DNA of 64,000 nucleotides, taken from an uncultured archaeon. GTDB taxonomy: Archaea > Asgardarchaeota > Heimdallarchaeia > Heimdallarchaeales > Heimdallarchaeaceae. This document shows positions 29,640 through 39,804 of the stretch, piece after piece (within the stretch, counting starts at the first letter, position 1; each line of letters opens with the position of its first letter). A program made the position numbers and the translations under genes. The notes under the pieces are model-generated. The model did no database searches and was not told where the DNA came from. It saw only the letters and a program-made list of their open reading frames with translations. Location: assembly GCA_964534625.1 (NCBI GenBank), contig CAZHRF010000005.1, positions 32,001 through 96,000 of the forward strand, read 5' to 3'.

Positions 29640-30605
29640 ATGGGATCATCAATTGTCATTGAAACTACAAACCTTTGTCGCAATTATGATACACGTATGG
29701 TTGTATACCGTTTATCCATACAAATTCCAACAGGTGTTGTATTTGGTTTACTAGGCCCAAATGGTGCGGGAAAGTCAACTACCATCAAAATGATAACTGG
29801 TCGTATTCGCCCAACATCTGGTCATGTTCGTGTCTTTGGTCTTAATCCTTGGAAGCAACGAGTTAAAATCAATCAGCGCCTAGGTTATCTTCCTGAAAAT
29901 CCTTACTATTACAATGAAATGGATGTTTTTTCTTACTGCACTTTTAATGCAAAATTATACGGTATGAAAGCAAATCAAGCCAAATTAAAGACTAGGACAG
30001 TTTTAGACCGTTTGGGATTGGGTCGTCTGGAAACACACAAAGTCGGTAAGCTTTCTCAAGGTCAGAAACAGCGACTTGGGTTTGCTTGTGCCATTCTTAA
30101 TGATCCTGATCTTCTTATTTTAGATGAACCCACAGCTAATCTTGATCCTGAAGGGCGAGTTTATGTGTTAAATCTCATCAAGACCCTACGTCAAGAAGAT
30201 AAAACCATCCTCATTAGCAGTCACATACTGCCCGAAATCGAACGTATTTGCGATTATATTGGTATAATGTCGGATGGTCGGCTTTTGGCAAGTGAAAAAA
30301 CGACTGATCTAACCAGAAACGTGTTTGATAACGAATTTAAGATTATCACATCAAATCCAGATCTTGTTGAACAAAAACTACATGATTGGGCATTTATTAA
30401 ACGAGTTATTCGGGATGACGATATACTCATTGTTGAAGTAGAATATGCGTCTTTACCTGATTTATGGTCATCTGTTCCAAGATTTTGCACTGAAAATAAT
30501 ATCAACTTGAAAACACTGGCTCCTGTTCGTGATCCCTTAGAGAAAGTATTTCTTTCTCTTGTTAATCCAAAACAAAAAGAGAAAATAGGTGAAATTAATG
30601 GATAA
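29640..30605 (+). CDS. ABC-2 type transporter ATP-binding protein
   Basis: GPNGAGKST, LSQGQ, LILDEPT, SSH. Confidence 0.95.
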   Translation: MGSSIVIETTNLCRNYDTRMVVYRLSIQIPTGVVFGLLGPNGAGKSTTIKMITGRIRPTSGHVRVFGLNPWKQRVKINQRLGYLPENPYYYNEMDVFSYCTFNAKLYGMKANQAKLKTRTVLDRLGLGRLETHKVGKLSQGQKQRLGFACAILNDPDLLILDEPTANLDPEGRVYVLNLIKTLRQEDKTILISSHILPEIERICDYIGIMSDGRLLASEKTTDLTRNVFDNEFKIITSNPDLVEQKLHDWAFIKRVIRDDDILIVEVEYASLPDLWSSVPRFCTENNINLKTLAPVRDPLEKVFLSLVNPKQKEKIGEING

Positions 30606-31458
30606 TTTTAACAAAAATTCGTTTTTTAGGTCGTTTCAAAAAACAATTAGAGGTTCGCGACTTTTTATAATAGTAACTCATACATATAAACAAATCCTCC
30701 GAAACAAGCGCTTTTTTATCGTTCTTATTTACTTTCTTTTACCTATTTTAGGCAACTTTCTTAATTTTTTAATCGCCCCTTCAAATTTTTATTCTGGGAA
30801 AGCTTATGCTGTTTATCGCATTCATCAAACGCTCTACTCTACAATGAACGATTGGTGGTTATCAATTTTTGGTCAGATGTTTATTATTCTTCTAACTAGT
30901 GATCTTATCGCAAGTGAGTTTGAGAGAGGTACTATACTAGTTTTGAAATCCCGATCAGTTAGTGATTCAGACATCTTTTTTGGGAAACTAATAGGTGTTT
31001 CACTCATTATTCTTTCACTTATTTTGCCTGGTGCCCTACTTATCTACATTGCCCAAGCTTCCGTGTTTGCACCAAATGATTTTTGGTGGGTTTTTTTGCA
31101 TTCTCTTGATGAGCTCATTGTTTCAACTCTTGTTCTTTTTTTAGTTATGCTCATGATGCTTTCTATTTCCTTTCTTTTTTCAACAATATTCAATAAGTCT
31201 TTACAGGCTACACTCGTCTCACTTTTGGTAATCTTTTCGGTTCAATTTATTTCATTAATTTTTTCTCTTTCGGATAGTATAATAAGTAAAGTCAATTTCC
31301 TTTATTATCTTAATTTATTTTTAGACCCTATCTTCTACAATTTAAGTCTATCAAACAGTTCTAATACAATAATTGGTTCTCTTCTCGGTTTTATTGCTAT
31401 TATTATTCTTTTTCTAACAGGAGGTTTTCTTATTTTCAAAAATAAAGAGATCCATTAG
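30589..31458 (+). CDS. ABC-2 type transporter permease
   Basis: Six TM helices, IASEFERGT motif, overlaps the ATPase gene. Confidence 0.9.
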   Translation: MKLMDNFNKNSFFRSFQKTIRGSRLFIIVTHTYKQILRNKRFFIVLIYFLLPILGNFLNFLIAPSNFYSGKAYAVYRIHQTLYSTMNDWWLSIFGQMFIILLTSDLIASEFERGTILVLKSRSVSDSDIFFGKLIGVSLIILSLILPGALLIYIAQASVFAPNDFWWVFLHSLDELIVSTLVLFLVMLMMLSISFLFSTIFNKSLQATLVSLLVIFSVQFISLIFSLSDSIISKVNFLYYLNLFLDPIFYNLSLSNSSNTIIGSLLGFIAIIILFLTGGFLIFKNKEIH

Positions 31459-32531
31459 TATTTCTTTTTTTCCCCAAATAACAATGAGATAACGGTAAAG
31501 CACATAATCATTATCATTACATTAGTATTATTATCCAGATAACCTGTTGAAGCAAGAAAAGCTAACCTATCAAGTTCACTTAACAAATTTACGTCTTTGA
31601 ATATTAAATATGCAAAATATGTGCTAGATAGATCATATTGTCCTTCTTCTTCGTTTTTGAATCCACCACTTGCACCTTGGAGATCAAAAATATTTTCAAC
31701 TACATTATGTTTTTTTTCAATTTCTGCATCTAACAAATTCAATACATGAATTGCATAATGGGTATCATTAATCCGTATGTTTTTTCTCATAAATGCATCA
31801 AATCCAGTCTCGTTATATCGATGTGCCTTAATGTAATTAATCGCATCAGTAGGTTTTTCAGGTTTTTGCCCCAATAATTCTAGTAATCGTATTATTTCTA
31901 TTGCCCGATAAAAAGAATCATATGTTCCATTAACATTTTGAGATTCTTTTAATGTCGTTATTAACAAGTTATATGGAAAGTTTAAAGTTATATTCAAAAT
32001 TGCCGTTGTTAAGATAAAATGGCGTATATTACTCATATCAGCTACAGTCAATCTTTCATAGTATGTACTATTATATAAAATAGGATCAACTGTTTTATTC
32101 AGGTATTCAAATACTTTCCATGCCACCAAATCTTCCGGATTAACCCCTAAATACGTCAATCCAAATACAGCTAATGATGTTGCCTTTATAGATGAATTCC
32201 CTCCTTTTTCAGTAGAAAATCCATAGTCTCCATTCTGGAAACTTTGAATACTATATATTAGATCATACACATCATACTTCACTTGTAGGAAATCTGCCAA
32301 AATCATACCTTGATAAATAGATTCCACAGTTTCTATTTTCTCTTTACTCCTCATAAATCCCGTTTCCGTCTTTAGATTCTCTACAAATGTCTTCATGTAT
32401 TCTTTTCTCGTTTTTGCTCCATTATCCCTTTCTGGTTCCTCCTCAACTGCATAACTCAAAGATAGAACAAAGTTTGTATACAATATCAGTAAAATGATTA
32501 AAGCGACATATTTTGGTAATTTTAACATCAA
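31455..32531 (-). CDS. Secreted, C-terminally anchored prenyltransferase/squalene-cyclase repeat (alpha/alpha barrel) protein
   Basis: Signal peptide; repeated Q.xDxGF-like motifs (FQNGDYGF, SQNVNGTY, LQGASGGF) each followed by T..A; C-terminal TM plus KKK. Confidence 0.7.
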   Translation of the reverse strand: MMLKLPKYVALIILLILYTNFVLSLSYAVEEEPERDNGAKTRKEYMKTFVENLKTETGFMRSKEKIETVESIYQGMILADFLQVKYDVYDLIYSIQSFQNGDYGFSTEKGGNSSIKATSLAVFGLTYLGVNPEDLVAWKVFEYLNKTVDPILYNSTYYERLTVADMSNIRHFILTTAILNITLNFPYNLLITTLKESQNVNGTYDSFYRAIEIIRLLELLGQKPEKPTDAINYIKAHRYNETGFDAFMRKNIRINDTHYAIHVLNLLDAEIEKKHNVVENIFDLQGASGGFKNEEEGQYDLSSTYFAYLIFKDVNLLSELDRLAFLASTGYLDNNTNVMIMIMCFTVISLLFGEKKKY

Positions 32532-32596
32532 TTTTTATTTCGTCTTTATAAATAAAAATATTACTTCCATTTTACTTTACCCGTTACATTTAAATT

Positions 32597-34225
32597 TTGA
32601 AAGAACTGCTAATTAATATGAACTTTATTTCAAGGAGATCTGAAGTTTACGCAAAACATGGTATGGTCGCATCTAGCCAGCCATTGGCTTCTGAAGTCGG
32701 TCTTTCGATTTTAAAGGATGGAGGAAATGCTGCAGATGCAGCTGTAGCAACCGCTGCAACTTTAAATTTGACAGAACCTTGCTCTACAGGTATTGGAGGC
32801 GACTGTTTCTGCCTTTTTTTTGATAATGAAAGGAAGACGGTTTATGGGATAAATGGTAGTGGTAGAGCACCTTCCGAATTGTCTTTAGATTTACTCAGAG
32901 AACAAGGAATCGAACATTCACTCCCACGTTTCAGTCCTCATACTGTTACTGTACCTGGTGCAGCTGCAGGTTGGATAGACACATTAGAAAAGTTTGGTAC
33001 AATGACAATTAAAGAAGTACTTTCACCAGCGATCAAACTTGCAGAAGAAGGATTTCCAGTCGCACCTCTTACAGCTCGTTCTTGGCACTATGGGGTTGGT
33101 CAATTAAAAAATGGACCACACTCTGAAGAATTATTAATAAATGGACAAGCACCAAAACCAGGTCAAATAATGAAGAATCCTTTTTTAGCCAATACATTTA
33201 AAGCATTAGTAGAGCAGGGAAAAGCGGGTTTCTATGAGGGAAGAATCGCAAAAGCCATCGTAAAATTATTAAGATCTCTAGGAGGCGTAATGTTACTAGA
33301 TGATCTAAAAAACCACCATAGTACTTTTGATGATCCAATTCATGTGAGCTACAAAGGATTAGATGTCTTTGAAATCCCACCTAATGGTCAAGGAATTACC
33401 GCATTACTAGCTTTAAACATTTTAGAAGAATTCAACATTGAACAAATGGAACATTCTTCCGTTGAACATTTACATACATTAATTGAAACTATGAGAATAG
33501 CTTTTGCAGACACACGTTGGTATGTAGCAGATCCTGCATTAGTAGATATCCCCATCCAAAGACTTATTTCAAAAGAATATGCAAAGAAACGTCGCGATAT
33601 TTTCAACCCAAAACGAGCAACACTAGACATAGAATATGGCTCACCAACAACTAAGTCAGATACAGTTTACTTTTGTGTTGTTGATGGTACGGGTAATGCA
33701 TGCAGTTTTATCAATTCAAATTACATGGGGTTTGGTACTGGTTTAATACCAAAAGGATGTGGTTTTACTTTACAGAATAGAGGAGCCAACTTTTCACTTG
33801 AACCAAATCATCCCAATGTGTTGGCCCCCAATAAACGTCCTTATCATACAATTATTCCTGGTATGGCGATGATGGATGATGAGTTATATGCACCTTTTGG
33901 TGTCATGGGTGGATTCATGCAACCACAGGGACATATGCAAGTGATTAGTAATATGATCGATTTTGATATGAACCCGCAGGAAGCGTTAGATGCTCCCCGT
34001 TTTTGCATTGTCGATGGTACTAGTGGTGGGAAAGTGGCACTAGAAGAAGGTATTAAACTCCACACCATGAGTACTCTTTCCCGTATGGGCCACTCAATTA
34101 TACCAACAACCAGTTATAGTCGGTCCATTTTCGGTCGGGGTCAGATTATCACACGTAATCCTGATTCCCACGTTTTATGTGGGGGTTCAGACCCAAGAGC
34201 GGATGGTTTAGCCATTGGTTGGTAA
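32597..34225 (+). CDS. ggt: Gamma-glutamyltransferase (glutathione hydrolase YwrD-like)
   Basis: GGNAADAAVA, TGIGGD, PPNGQG, autocatalytic D|TVYF, KRPYHTIIP, MGGFMQPQG, SDPRADG. Confidence 0.96.
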   Translation: MKELLINMNFISRRSEVYAKHGMVASSQPLASEVGLSILKDGGNAADAAVATAATLNLTEPCSTGIGGDCFCLFFDNERKTVYGINGSGRAPSELSLDLLREQGIEHSLPRFSPHTVTVPGAAAGWIDTLEKFGTMTIKEVLSPAIKLAEEGFPVAPLTARSWHYGVGQLKNGPHSEELLINGQAPKPGQIMKNPFLANTFKALVEQGKAGFYEGRIAKAIVKLLRSLGGVMLLDDLKNHHSTFDDPIHVSYKGLDVFEIPPNGQGITALLALNILEEFNIEQMEHSSVEHLHTLIETMRIAFADTRWYVADPALVDIPIQRLISKEYAKKRRDIFNPKRATLDIEYGSPTTKSDTVYFCVVDGTGNACSFINSNYMGFGTGLIPKGCGFTLQNRGANFSLEPNHPNVLAPNKRPYHTIIPGMAMMDDELYAPFGVMGGFMQPQGHMQVISNMIDFDMNPQEALDAPRFCIVDGTSGGKVALEEGIKLHTMSTLSRMGHSIIPTTSYSRSIFGRGQIITRNPDSHVLCGGSDPRADGLAIGW

Positions 34226-34332
34226 TCTAACTCACATCGATTTTCAATTAGGTCGGTTTGCAAATATTAAAAAATGTTCAAAGAATTTTACGTTTAAAAA
34301 TATACTTTAACTGATTTTGCAAGGCGAAAAAC

Positions 34333-35781
34333 ATGATAGACAATGTTCACACTCTAAAATTAACTTCACTTGGCATTGATGTTGGTACAACAACTTCACA
34401 TCTCATTGTATCTCGATTAACATTAGAAAAATTACACACGACACGAGGTATCAAATTTTCTGTAACAGACAGAGAAATCCTTTACAAAGGTAATATCATT
34501 TTGACCCCAATTGATATTGAAAAACAACAAATTGACTATTTAAAACTCGTAAAATATCTTAAAGAGGAATATACTAACGCCAATATTGATCCACGTAATA
34601 TTGATACGGGGGCGGTTATTATAACAGGTGAAAGTGCAAAGAAACTAAATGCCCAAGAGATAGTTACTGCGCTAGCTCACAAAGCAGGTAATTTTGTAGC
34701 TGCCTCTGCTGGTCCAAATTATGAATCTTTTATTGCAGCTATGGGATCAGGAGCAGTCCAATATACCAAAGAAACAAAAAAGACCATCATAAACATCGAT
34801 ATTGGTGGTGGAACAAGCAATATTGCAGTTATATCAAATGGTGAGATACTGGAAACAAGCTGTATTAATGTTGGAGGGAGACTTTTAGCCTTTGACGACA
34901 ATAAAAAAATTATTAGAATAGAAGAACCCATTCGAGTTTTAGAAGATAAAATTGGTCTTGAATTTGAATATGGAATGCAATTAACCGATAATCAAATTAA
35001 AAATATTGTTCATTTACTTGCTCAAAGTCTGATTGAAGTCTTACAAAGAGACGTAAAATCAAACATAACGAGAAGGCTTCTTATGACACCAGAAATACGT
35101 TATCCAGATCATATAGATGAAATTTCTTTTTCAGGAGGTGTTGCAGAATATATCTATGATAAATCTCGTGAGGACTTCAACGACTTAGGGATATACCTCG
35201 GTCAAGAAATTCGTCTGTTAACTAGAAAAAATAATTTTGAACTTCACGAACCTGAAGAATTAATTCGAGCAACAGTTATTGGAGCGGGTCAATATACTCT
35301 ACAAGTTAGTGGGGTAACTACGCACATATCGAATCCAGAAGATACACTTCCTATTCATAATATCCCCGTCATTGAACCAAAGTTAAAAGGTAAAATAACT
35401 TCCAAAATGATCACAGAATCTATTAACAAGAGTCTTCAAATGTTTGATGTGGAGGAAGGAGCAGATACCATTGCATTATTATTTAAAGGAGCCATAGGCG
35501 GTTCATATGAGGGGTTAAGCTTGTTTGTCACGGGTATTGCTAATGCATTGCCCAAAACCATCGAATATGAAAAACCCATCATATTGGTTTTTGATACTGA
35601 TATCGGGAACTCTGTAGGTAATGTTATGCGACGTGAAACTAATACTAAGAAAAATATTATCTCAATTGATGAAATTGCAGTTGAAGAAGGGGATTTTATT
35701 GATATTGATAAACCAAAAGCGGGTGGTCAAGCTGTTCCTGTTGTTGTTAAGTCACTAGTATTTTCCAATAATAAAACTTAG
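34333..35781 (+). CDS. eutA: Ethanolamine ammonia-lyase reactivating factor EutA-like
   Basis: GIDVGTTTSH, TGAVIITGESA..NA, FVAASAGP, DIGGGTSN, FSGGVA, IRATVIGAG, VPVVVKSLVF. Confidence 0.9.
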   Translation: MIDNVHTLKLTSLGIDVGTTTSHLIVSRLTLEKLHTTRGIKFSVTDREILYKGNIILTPIDIEKQQIDYLKLVKYLKEEYTNANIDPRNIDTGAVIITGESAKKLNAQEIVTALAHKAGNFVAASAGPNYESFIAAMGSGAVQYTKETKKTIINIDIGGGTSNIAVISNGEILETSCINVGGRLLAFDDNKKIIRIEEPIRVLEDKIGLEFEYGMQLTDNQIKNIVHLLAQSLIEVLQRDVKSNITRRLLMTPEIRYPDHIDEISFSGGVAEYIYDKSREDFNDLGIYLGQEIRLLTRKNNFELHEPEELIRATVIGAGQYTLQVSGVTTHISNPEDTLPIHNIPVIEPKLKGKITSKMITESINKSLQMFDVEEGADTIALLFKGAIGGSYEGLSLFVTGIANALPKTIEYEKPIILVFDTDIGNSVGNVMRRETNTKKNIISIDEIAVEEGDFIDIDKPKAGGQAVPVVVKSLVFSNNKT

Positions 35782-35792
35782 TTTTATTATTT

Positions 35793-38777
35793 TTAATTTT
35801 CAAAGATTGTAAGAGAGGTTTTGCAATAAGGACATCTTCCCTCTTGTTTAACCCACGCCACCAAATGCTTGAAGTGAAAGATTTTATTGCAAAGTGGGCA
35901 TTCAACTCCTTTTTCATAAACAGGTTTTGAACAGATTATACAAATATTTTTTGTATCTGTTGTTTTTATAATTCCTTTTCCTTTAGCTTTTATTTTTTGT
36001 ATAAACTTTGCTGCTTTGGAAATTGAATCAGCCACAATAACTATCTGCTGTTTTGGTTTGCCTCTTTCTTTTTTTATTGGTATTACTTCTTTAATCAGTA
36101 TATTTTCAGCTTGTTCTTTCAAATAGCTAACATACTGTTGCAAAATCGTGGCTCTTACTTCTGGATTACCCACTATAACAAGTTTTTTCTTTGCCCTTGT
36201 TATTGCTACATTCAGTCTTCTAGGATCTGAAAAACCCACATTCCCTTTTGTTTCAGTTTCAGTTAAAGATAACATAATTATCTCCCTATCACTACCTTGA
36301 AATCTATCCACAGTATCAACCACAGACATAGAGGGGGCCAACCTTCTTATTTCCCCTACTTGTCCTCTATATGGAGCTATTACTCCCAGCTGAGAACGTG
36401 ATATACCCAAAGAAAAAAAGCCTTTTATCACTTTGGCAACCACTTCTGCTTCTTCAACATTCATCTTTTTTGAGGCAACGAAATCCCCCCTAACGGGTAT
36501 AAAAACAAGCGGATATTCAGGCAGGTAGATATTTATATGTTCCAAATTTATCTTACTTTTATCATATCTGACTAAATCACTTAAATTCTGAGAACTTACT
36601 TTTTTATCAAAAGCACGCAATTTTCCATCATAAAATACTTGATTAGAAAACTCCATCAATTTCTCATTCATTCTAAACTGATGCGTCAAAAGATGAATGG
36701 TATCACGATGCTTATTTGCTAGTCTTTCGAATAGTGAAACTCCAAGCCCCTCATTCTGTGCATGTTGACTTTGTACAACAGGTGGTAACTGTTTATGATC
36801 TCCAACAAGAACACATCTATCCCCCTCTAAAATTGCCGATAAGAGATTTGGTTCTGTCATTTGGCTAGCCTCATCAACTATTATAGTTTGAAAACCCAAT
36901 TTTTCAAATATTGGACTAGAAATTGTAGAAGTTGTAGCTAATAAGATTGGAATATCCATCAACAATTGTTTTACATTCAAATTCGTTTTGTCTTTCATAG
37001 CTGATAATGTATTATCGCTTAGATTATCATCAATTACACGAGAACTGCCTAATCTTATGAAATCCTTAAAACCATTATCAATAAGGTAAGATGCCATATT
37101 ATCAACCGCTCTATTTGTAAACGCAGTTAACAATAGTTTTTCCTTCTTATTTGCTAGAGTTATAGCTGCTTTCGCAATAACATGTGTTTTCCCAGTACCC
37201 GCTGGTCCTTGAATAAGACAAAAACCTTCTGTTCCCAAAATTTTTTGTATCGCTTCATTTTGGACATTGTTATTTCTAATAAACATTCCATCTTGCTTGA
37301 TGACGGTAGATTTTTTACCATTAACAATATATTCTGTGAAATTATTTCTTTTAAATATCAGATGAAATAGTCCTCGTTGTTGCCGTCTATAGCTTATATC
37401 ATTGTAGTACACATCAATTGAATTGATTTTCGTTATAGCAGCTCTCGTTTCTATCTCAACAATATTTTCAGTTATTCTTGATATTACACCAGTTATTACG
37501 GGATTTGATACAACCTTAGCATCGCTTAGAAGAACTATATCTCCCTCCCTTAATTCTGATTTATTTTCACACGAAAATATAAATGTTGTAACACCATCCT
37601 CTGTAATTTGATTTTCGAGAGAGAGATTAGTAATAGTTTTTCCTTTTTCAACTCTTTCTTCAATGGATAGGTTCCATAAATCTGCAAGATTACGTTTCGA
37701 TTCATTTTTTTCTTTTCTAATCAAATTAGTATATCTCTCAAAATATGCAATATAATTGTCATTTAAAGCTTTTTTAGAACAAAAGGTTTCATGCGGACAT
37801 GTTGGGCAAGTTCTTTGATGATTTAATCCAGCACAAAGAATTGAGCAAAGGACTTTAACAGAACACTTAGAACATTTATTTATATTTTCTTCCGAAAGTA
37901 CAGGAGGTATAAATCCCAGATATGAAATCCTATACGCAAGGTTTCTCATTTCCATTGCAAAGCGTATAACTCCCCAATTAACATCTAATTGCTTTTTTAC
38001 TAAACTGCCAGATCCAACATAAAGGACAAAATTTGAATCAGTATTAAAATCAGTATCAAAACCATTAATGCCAAAACGATAAACAGCTACTTGCATTAAA
38101 TCTGAAAAACGATACCTATCATCTTCTGAAACATTAGCAGTTTTTAATTCATAAATTTTATTTTGACTTAAAAGATCAATCCTTCCTCGTACACCTAGAA
38201 TTGGAGAAAGAAAAAGTACTTCCGGTGAAGAATCTACTGAAAGCTCCTCAACAAATGGATCTAAAGACTCTGCCATTGAAAAAGTGTCTTGATAAACATC
38301 TTGTGATGAATAATTTAATTGTTCAATGTGAAGTGCATAACTATCAATTACTTCTGACAAAACCTTAGAAGGTTTAGACCGTGAGGAAATTGCTGCGCCC
38401 AATGCATTGTGAACAATAGTACCTCGTACAGCCACATAAGGCGAGGGACTGTCCCCAATAACTTGATTTATGTAAAAACTTCTTGGGCAAAATGAGATAT
38501 TGGAAAGAGATGATGCATTCACCAGTATATCGGGATCCACAATAACTATAGAACTTTTATCTGCTGAATAAAAAAAAGAATCACCTGTTTCAACTCGCTT
38601 GACATTTAACACACGTATTTTTGTATACGATACAAGATAATCACCAAGATCTGTCCAAGGTTCCCATAAATTAAGAACAAAACGGTTAAAATTCCTTTCA
38701 ACTAATATCGAGTATCTAGGGTTATTTCCCGCTTTATTTGAAAGAGTTTTAATATATATACATTCAAGATGTTCCAT
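35793..38777 (-). CDS. Dna2-like Fe-S PD-(D/E)xK nuclease plus SF1 helicase with a C-terminal RING-like zinc finger
   Basis: CPR...GTIVH...GRIDLL.....YELKT...CSKC.....C nuclease; QGPAGTGKT, DEASQ, GDHKQLPP, TVDRFQGSDRE, RLNVAITRAK; C-terminal CIIC-x10-CPLC-x4-H-x2-H-x10-CPYC. Confidence 0.9.
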   Translation of the reverse strand: MEHLECIYIKTLSNKAGNNPRYSILVERNFNRFVLNLWEPWTDLGDYLVSYTKIRVLNVKRVETGDSFFYSADKSSIVIVDPDILVNASSLSNISFCPRSFYINQVIGDSPSPYVAVRGTIVHNALGAAISSRSKPSKVLSEVIDSYALHIEQLNYSSQDVYQDTFSMAESLDPFVEELSVDSSPEVLFLSPILGVRGRIDLLSQNKIYELKTANVSEDDRYRFSDLMQVAVYRFGINGFDTDFNTDSNFVLYVGSGSLVKKQLDVNWGVIRFAMEMRNLAYRISYLGFIPPVLSEENINKCSKCSVKVLCSILCAGLNHQRTCPTCPHETFCSKKALNDNYIAYFERYTNLIRKEKNESKRNLADLWNLSIEERVEKGKTITNLSLENQITEDGVTTFIFSCENKSELREGDIVLLSDAKVVSNPVITGVISRITENIVEIETRAAITKINSIDVYYNDISYRRQQRGLFHLIFKRNNFTEYIVNGKKSTVIKQDGMFIRNNNVQNEAIQKILGTEGFCLIQGPAGTGKTHVIAKAAITLANKKEKLLLTAFTNRAVDNMASYLIDNGFKDFIRLGSSRVIDDNLSDNTLSAMKDKTNLNVKQLLMDIPILLATTSTISSPIFEKLGFQTIIVDEASQMTEPNLLSAILEGDRCVLVGDHKQLPPVVQSQHAQNEGLGVSLFERLANKHRDTIHLLTHQFRMNEKLMEFSNQVFYDGKLRAFDKKVSSQNLSDLVRYDKSKINLEHINIYLPEYPLVFIPVRGDFVASKKMNVEEAEVVAKVIKGFFSLGISRSQLGVIAPYRGQVGEIRRLAPSMSVVDTVDRFQGSDREIIMLSLTETETKGNVGFSDPRRLNVAITRAKKKLVIVGNPEVRATILQQYVSYLKEQAENILIKEVIPIKKERGKPKQQIVIVADSISKAAKFIQKIKAKGKGIIKTTDTKNICIICSKPVYEKGVECPLCNKIFHFKHLVAWVKQEGRCPYCKTSLTIFEN

Positions 38778-38900
38778 TATTAGAAGTTAAAAAGTTAGTA
38801 TAAATAAATGTGTGGTAAAAAAAAATATTTTAGTTATTTTACAAAAAACTATCTATGGTGAGCATAACTTTTATAGTAAATAAAATATCAAGCCTTAGAA

Positions 38901-39416
38901 ATGAAGTGTGATGTCCTTCTTAATCAAGAGATATATGAAGAATTTTTATTAAAAAGAGCTATTTGCTCATCAAAGAGGTTATGGATAACTACAGGGGTAT
39001 CTACAAATTTTCTTATTAAACTAGGAGAAAAAAAATTTTTCAGGTTAGCTGAAATTCTATTATTACTTAGTCATAAAATTGATGTGCGGATCATCTCAGG
39101 ATTAGATGAAACCAAATCTAGTTTATTGAAAAAAGTGAAAGAAAAAAACCCCTCCTTAACTAAGCATTGTCCAAAGATGCATGCGAAAATGATTATAGTG
39201 GATAACAAAATAGCATATATTGGATCTGGCAATCTAACAGCAGCAGGAATGGGTAGACCCGATTTGTCAGAAAATAATTGGGAGGTTGGAGTGCAACTTC
39301 AAGACCAGCAAGCTTTATACAAATGTAGTAAATTTTTCCTAGAGATATGGAATGGAAAATTTTGCGCAGATTGTGAATATAAAGACGAATGTAATCAAAA
39401 AACAATGAAAGTATAA
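38901..39416 (+). CDS. Single-domain PLD (HKD) family nuclease-like protein
   Basis: HAKMIIVD....IGSGNLT, N.EVG, C-terminal CADCEYKDEC. Confidence 0.88.
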   Translation: MKCDVLLNQEIYEEFLLKRAICSSKRLWITTGVSTNFLIKLGEKKFFRLAEILLLLSHKIDVRIISGLDETKSSLLKKVKEKNPSLTKHCPKMHAKMIIVDNKIAYIGSGNLTAAGMGRPDLSENNWEVGVQLQDQQALYKCSKFFLEIWNGKFCADCEYKDECNQKTMKV

Positions 39417-39455
39417 AGAAAGAAAAAAAAAAGATGAACTGTTCTCCATATTAAT

Positions 39456-39632
39456 CTAATCAAAATCAATACATTCTGAAGGACATTCATCTATACATAG
39501 ACCACAATCCGTACAGTCTTCTTTTCTTACTGGCTTTGCGATATCGTCAACCATGTCATAAACATTTTCAGGACAAACATCCACACAAGCGCCGCATCCT
39601 ATGCAACAATCTTCATCTACTATAACTGGCAT
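39456..39632 (-). CDS. 2x[4Fe-4S] ferredoxin (58 aa); not in the ORF track
   Basis: MPVIVDEDCCIGCGACVDVCPENVYDMVDDIAKPVRKEDCTDCGLCIDECPSECIDFD; two CxxCxxCxxxCP motifs; AGGTGA SD. Confidence 0.95.
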   Translation of the reverse strand: MPVIVDEDCCIGCGACVDVCPENVYDMVDDIAKPVRKEDCTDCGLCIDECPSECIDFD

Positions 39633-39804
39633 TTTTTTTCACCTTTTGGTGTTTTTTTTCTTTACTTCCTATTTATAAACTCTTCTCTGCATTATATCTT
39701 TTACTTCACAACCTCTATTTTGCTTAATAATTATTAACCATTTTTCATTGGTACTAGAAGAATCTTTTTAATTTGTTTTTTGCATAGTTAATCGGAGCCA
39801 TGTA

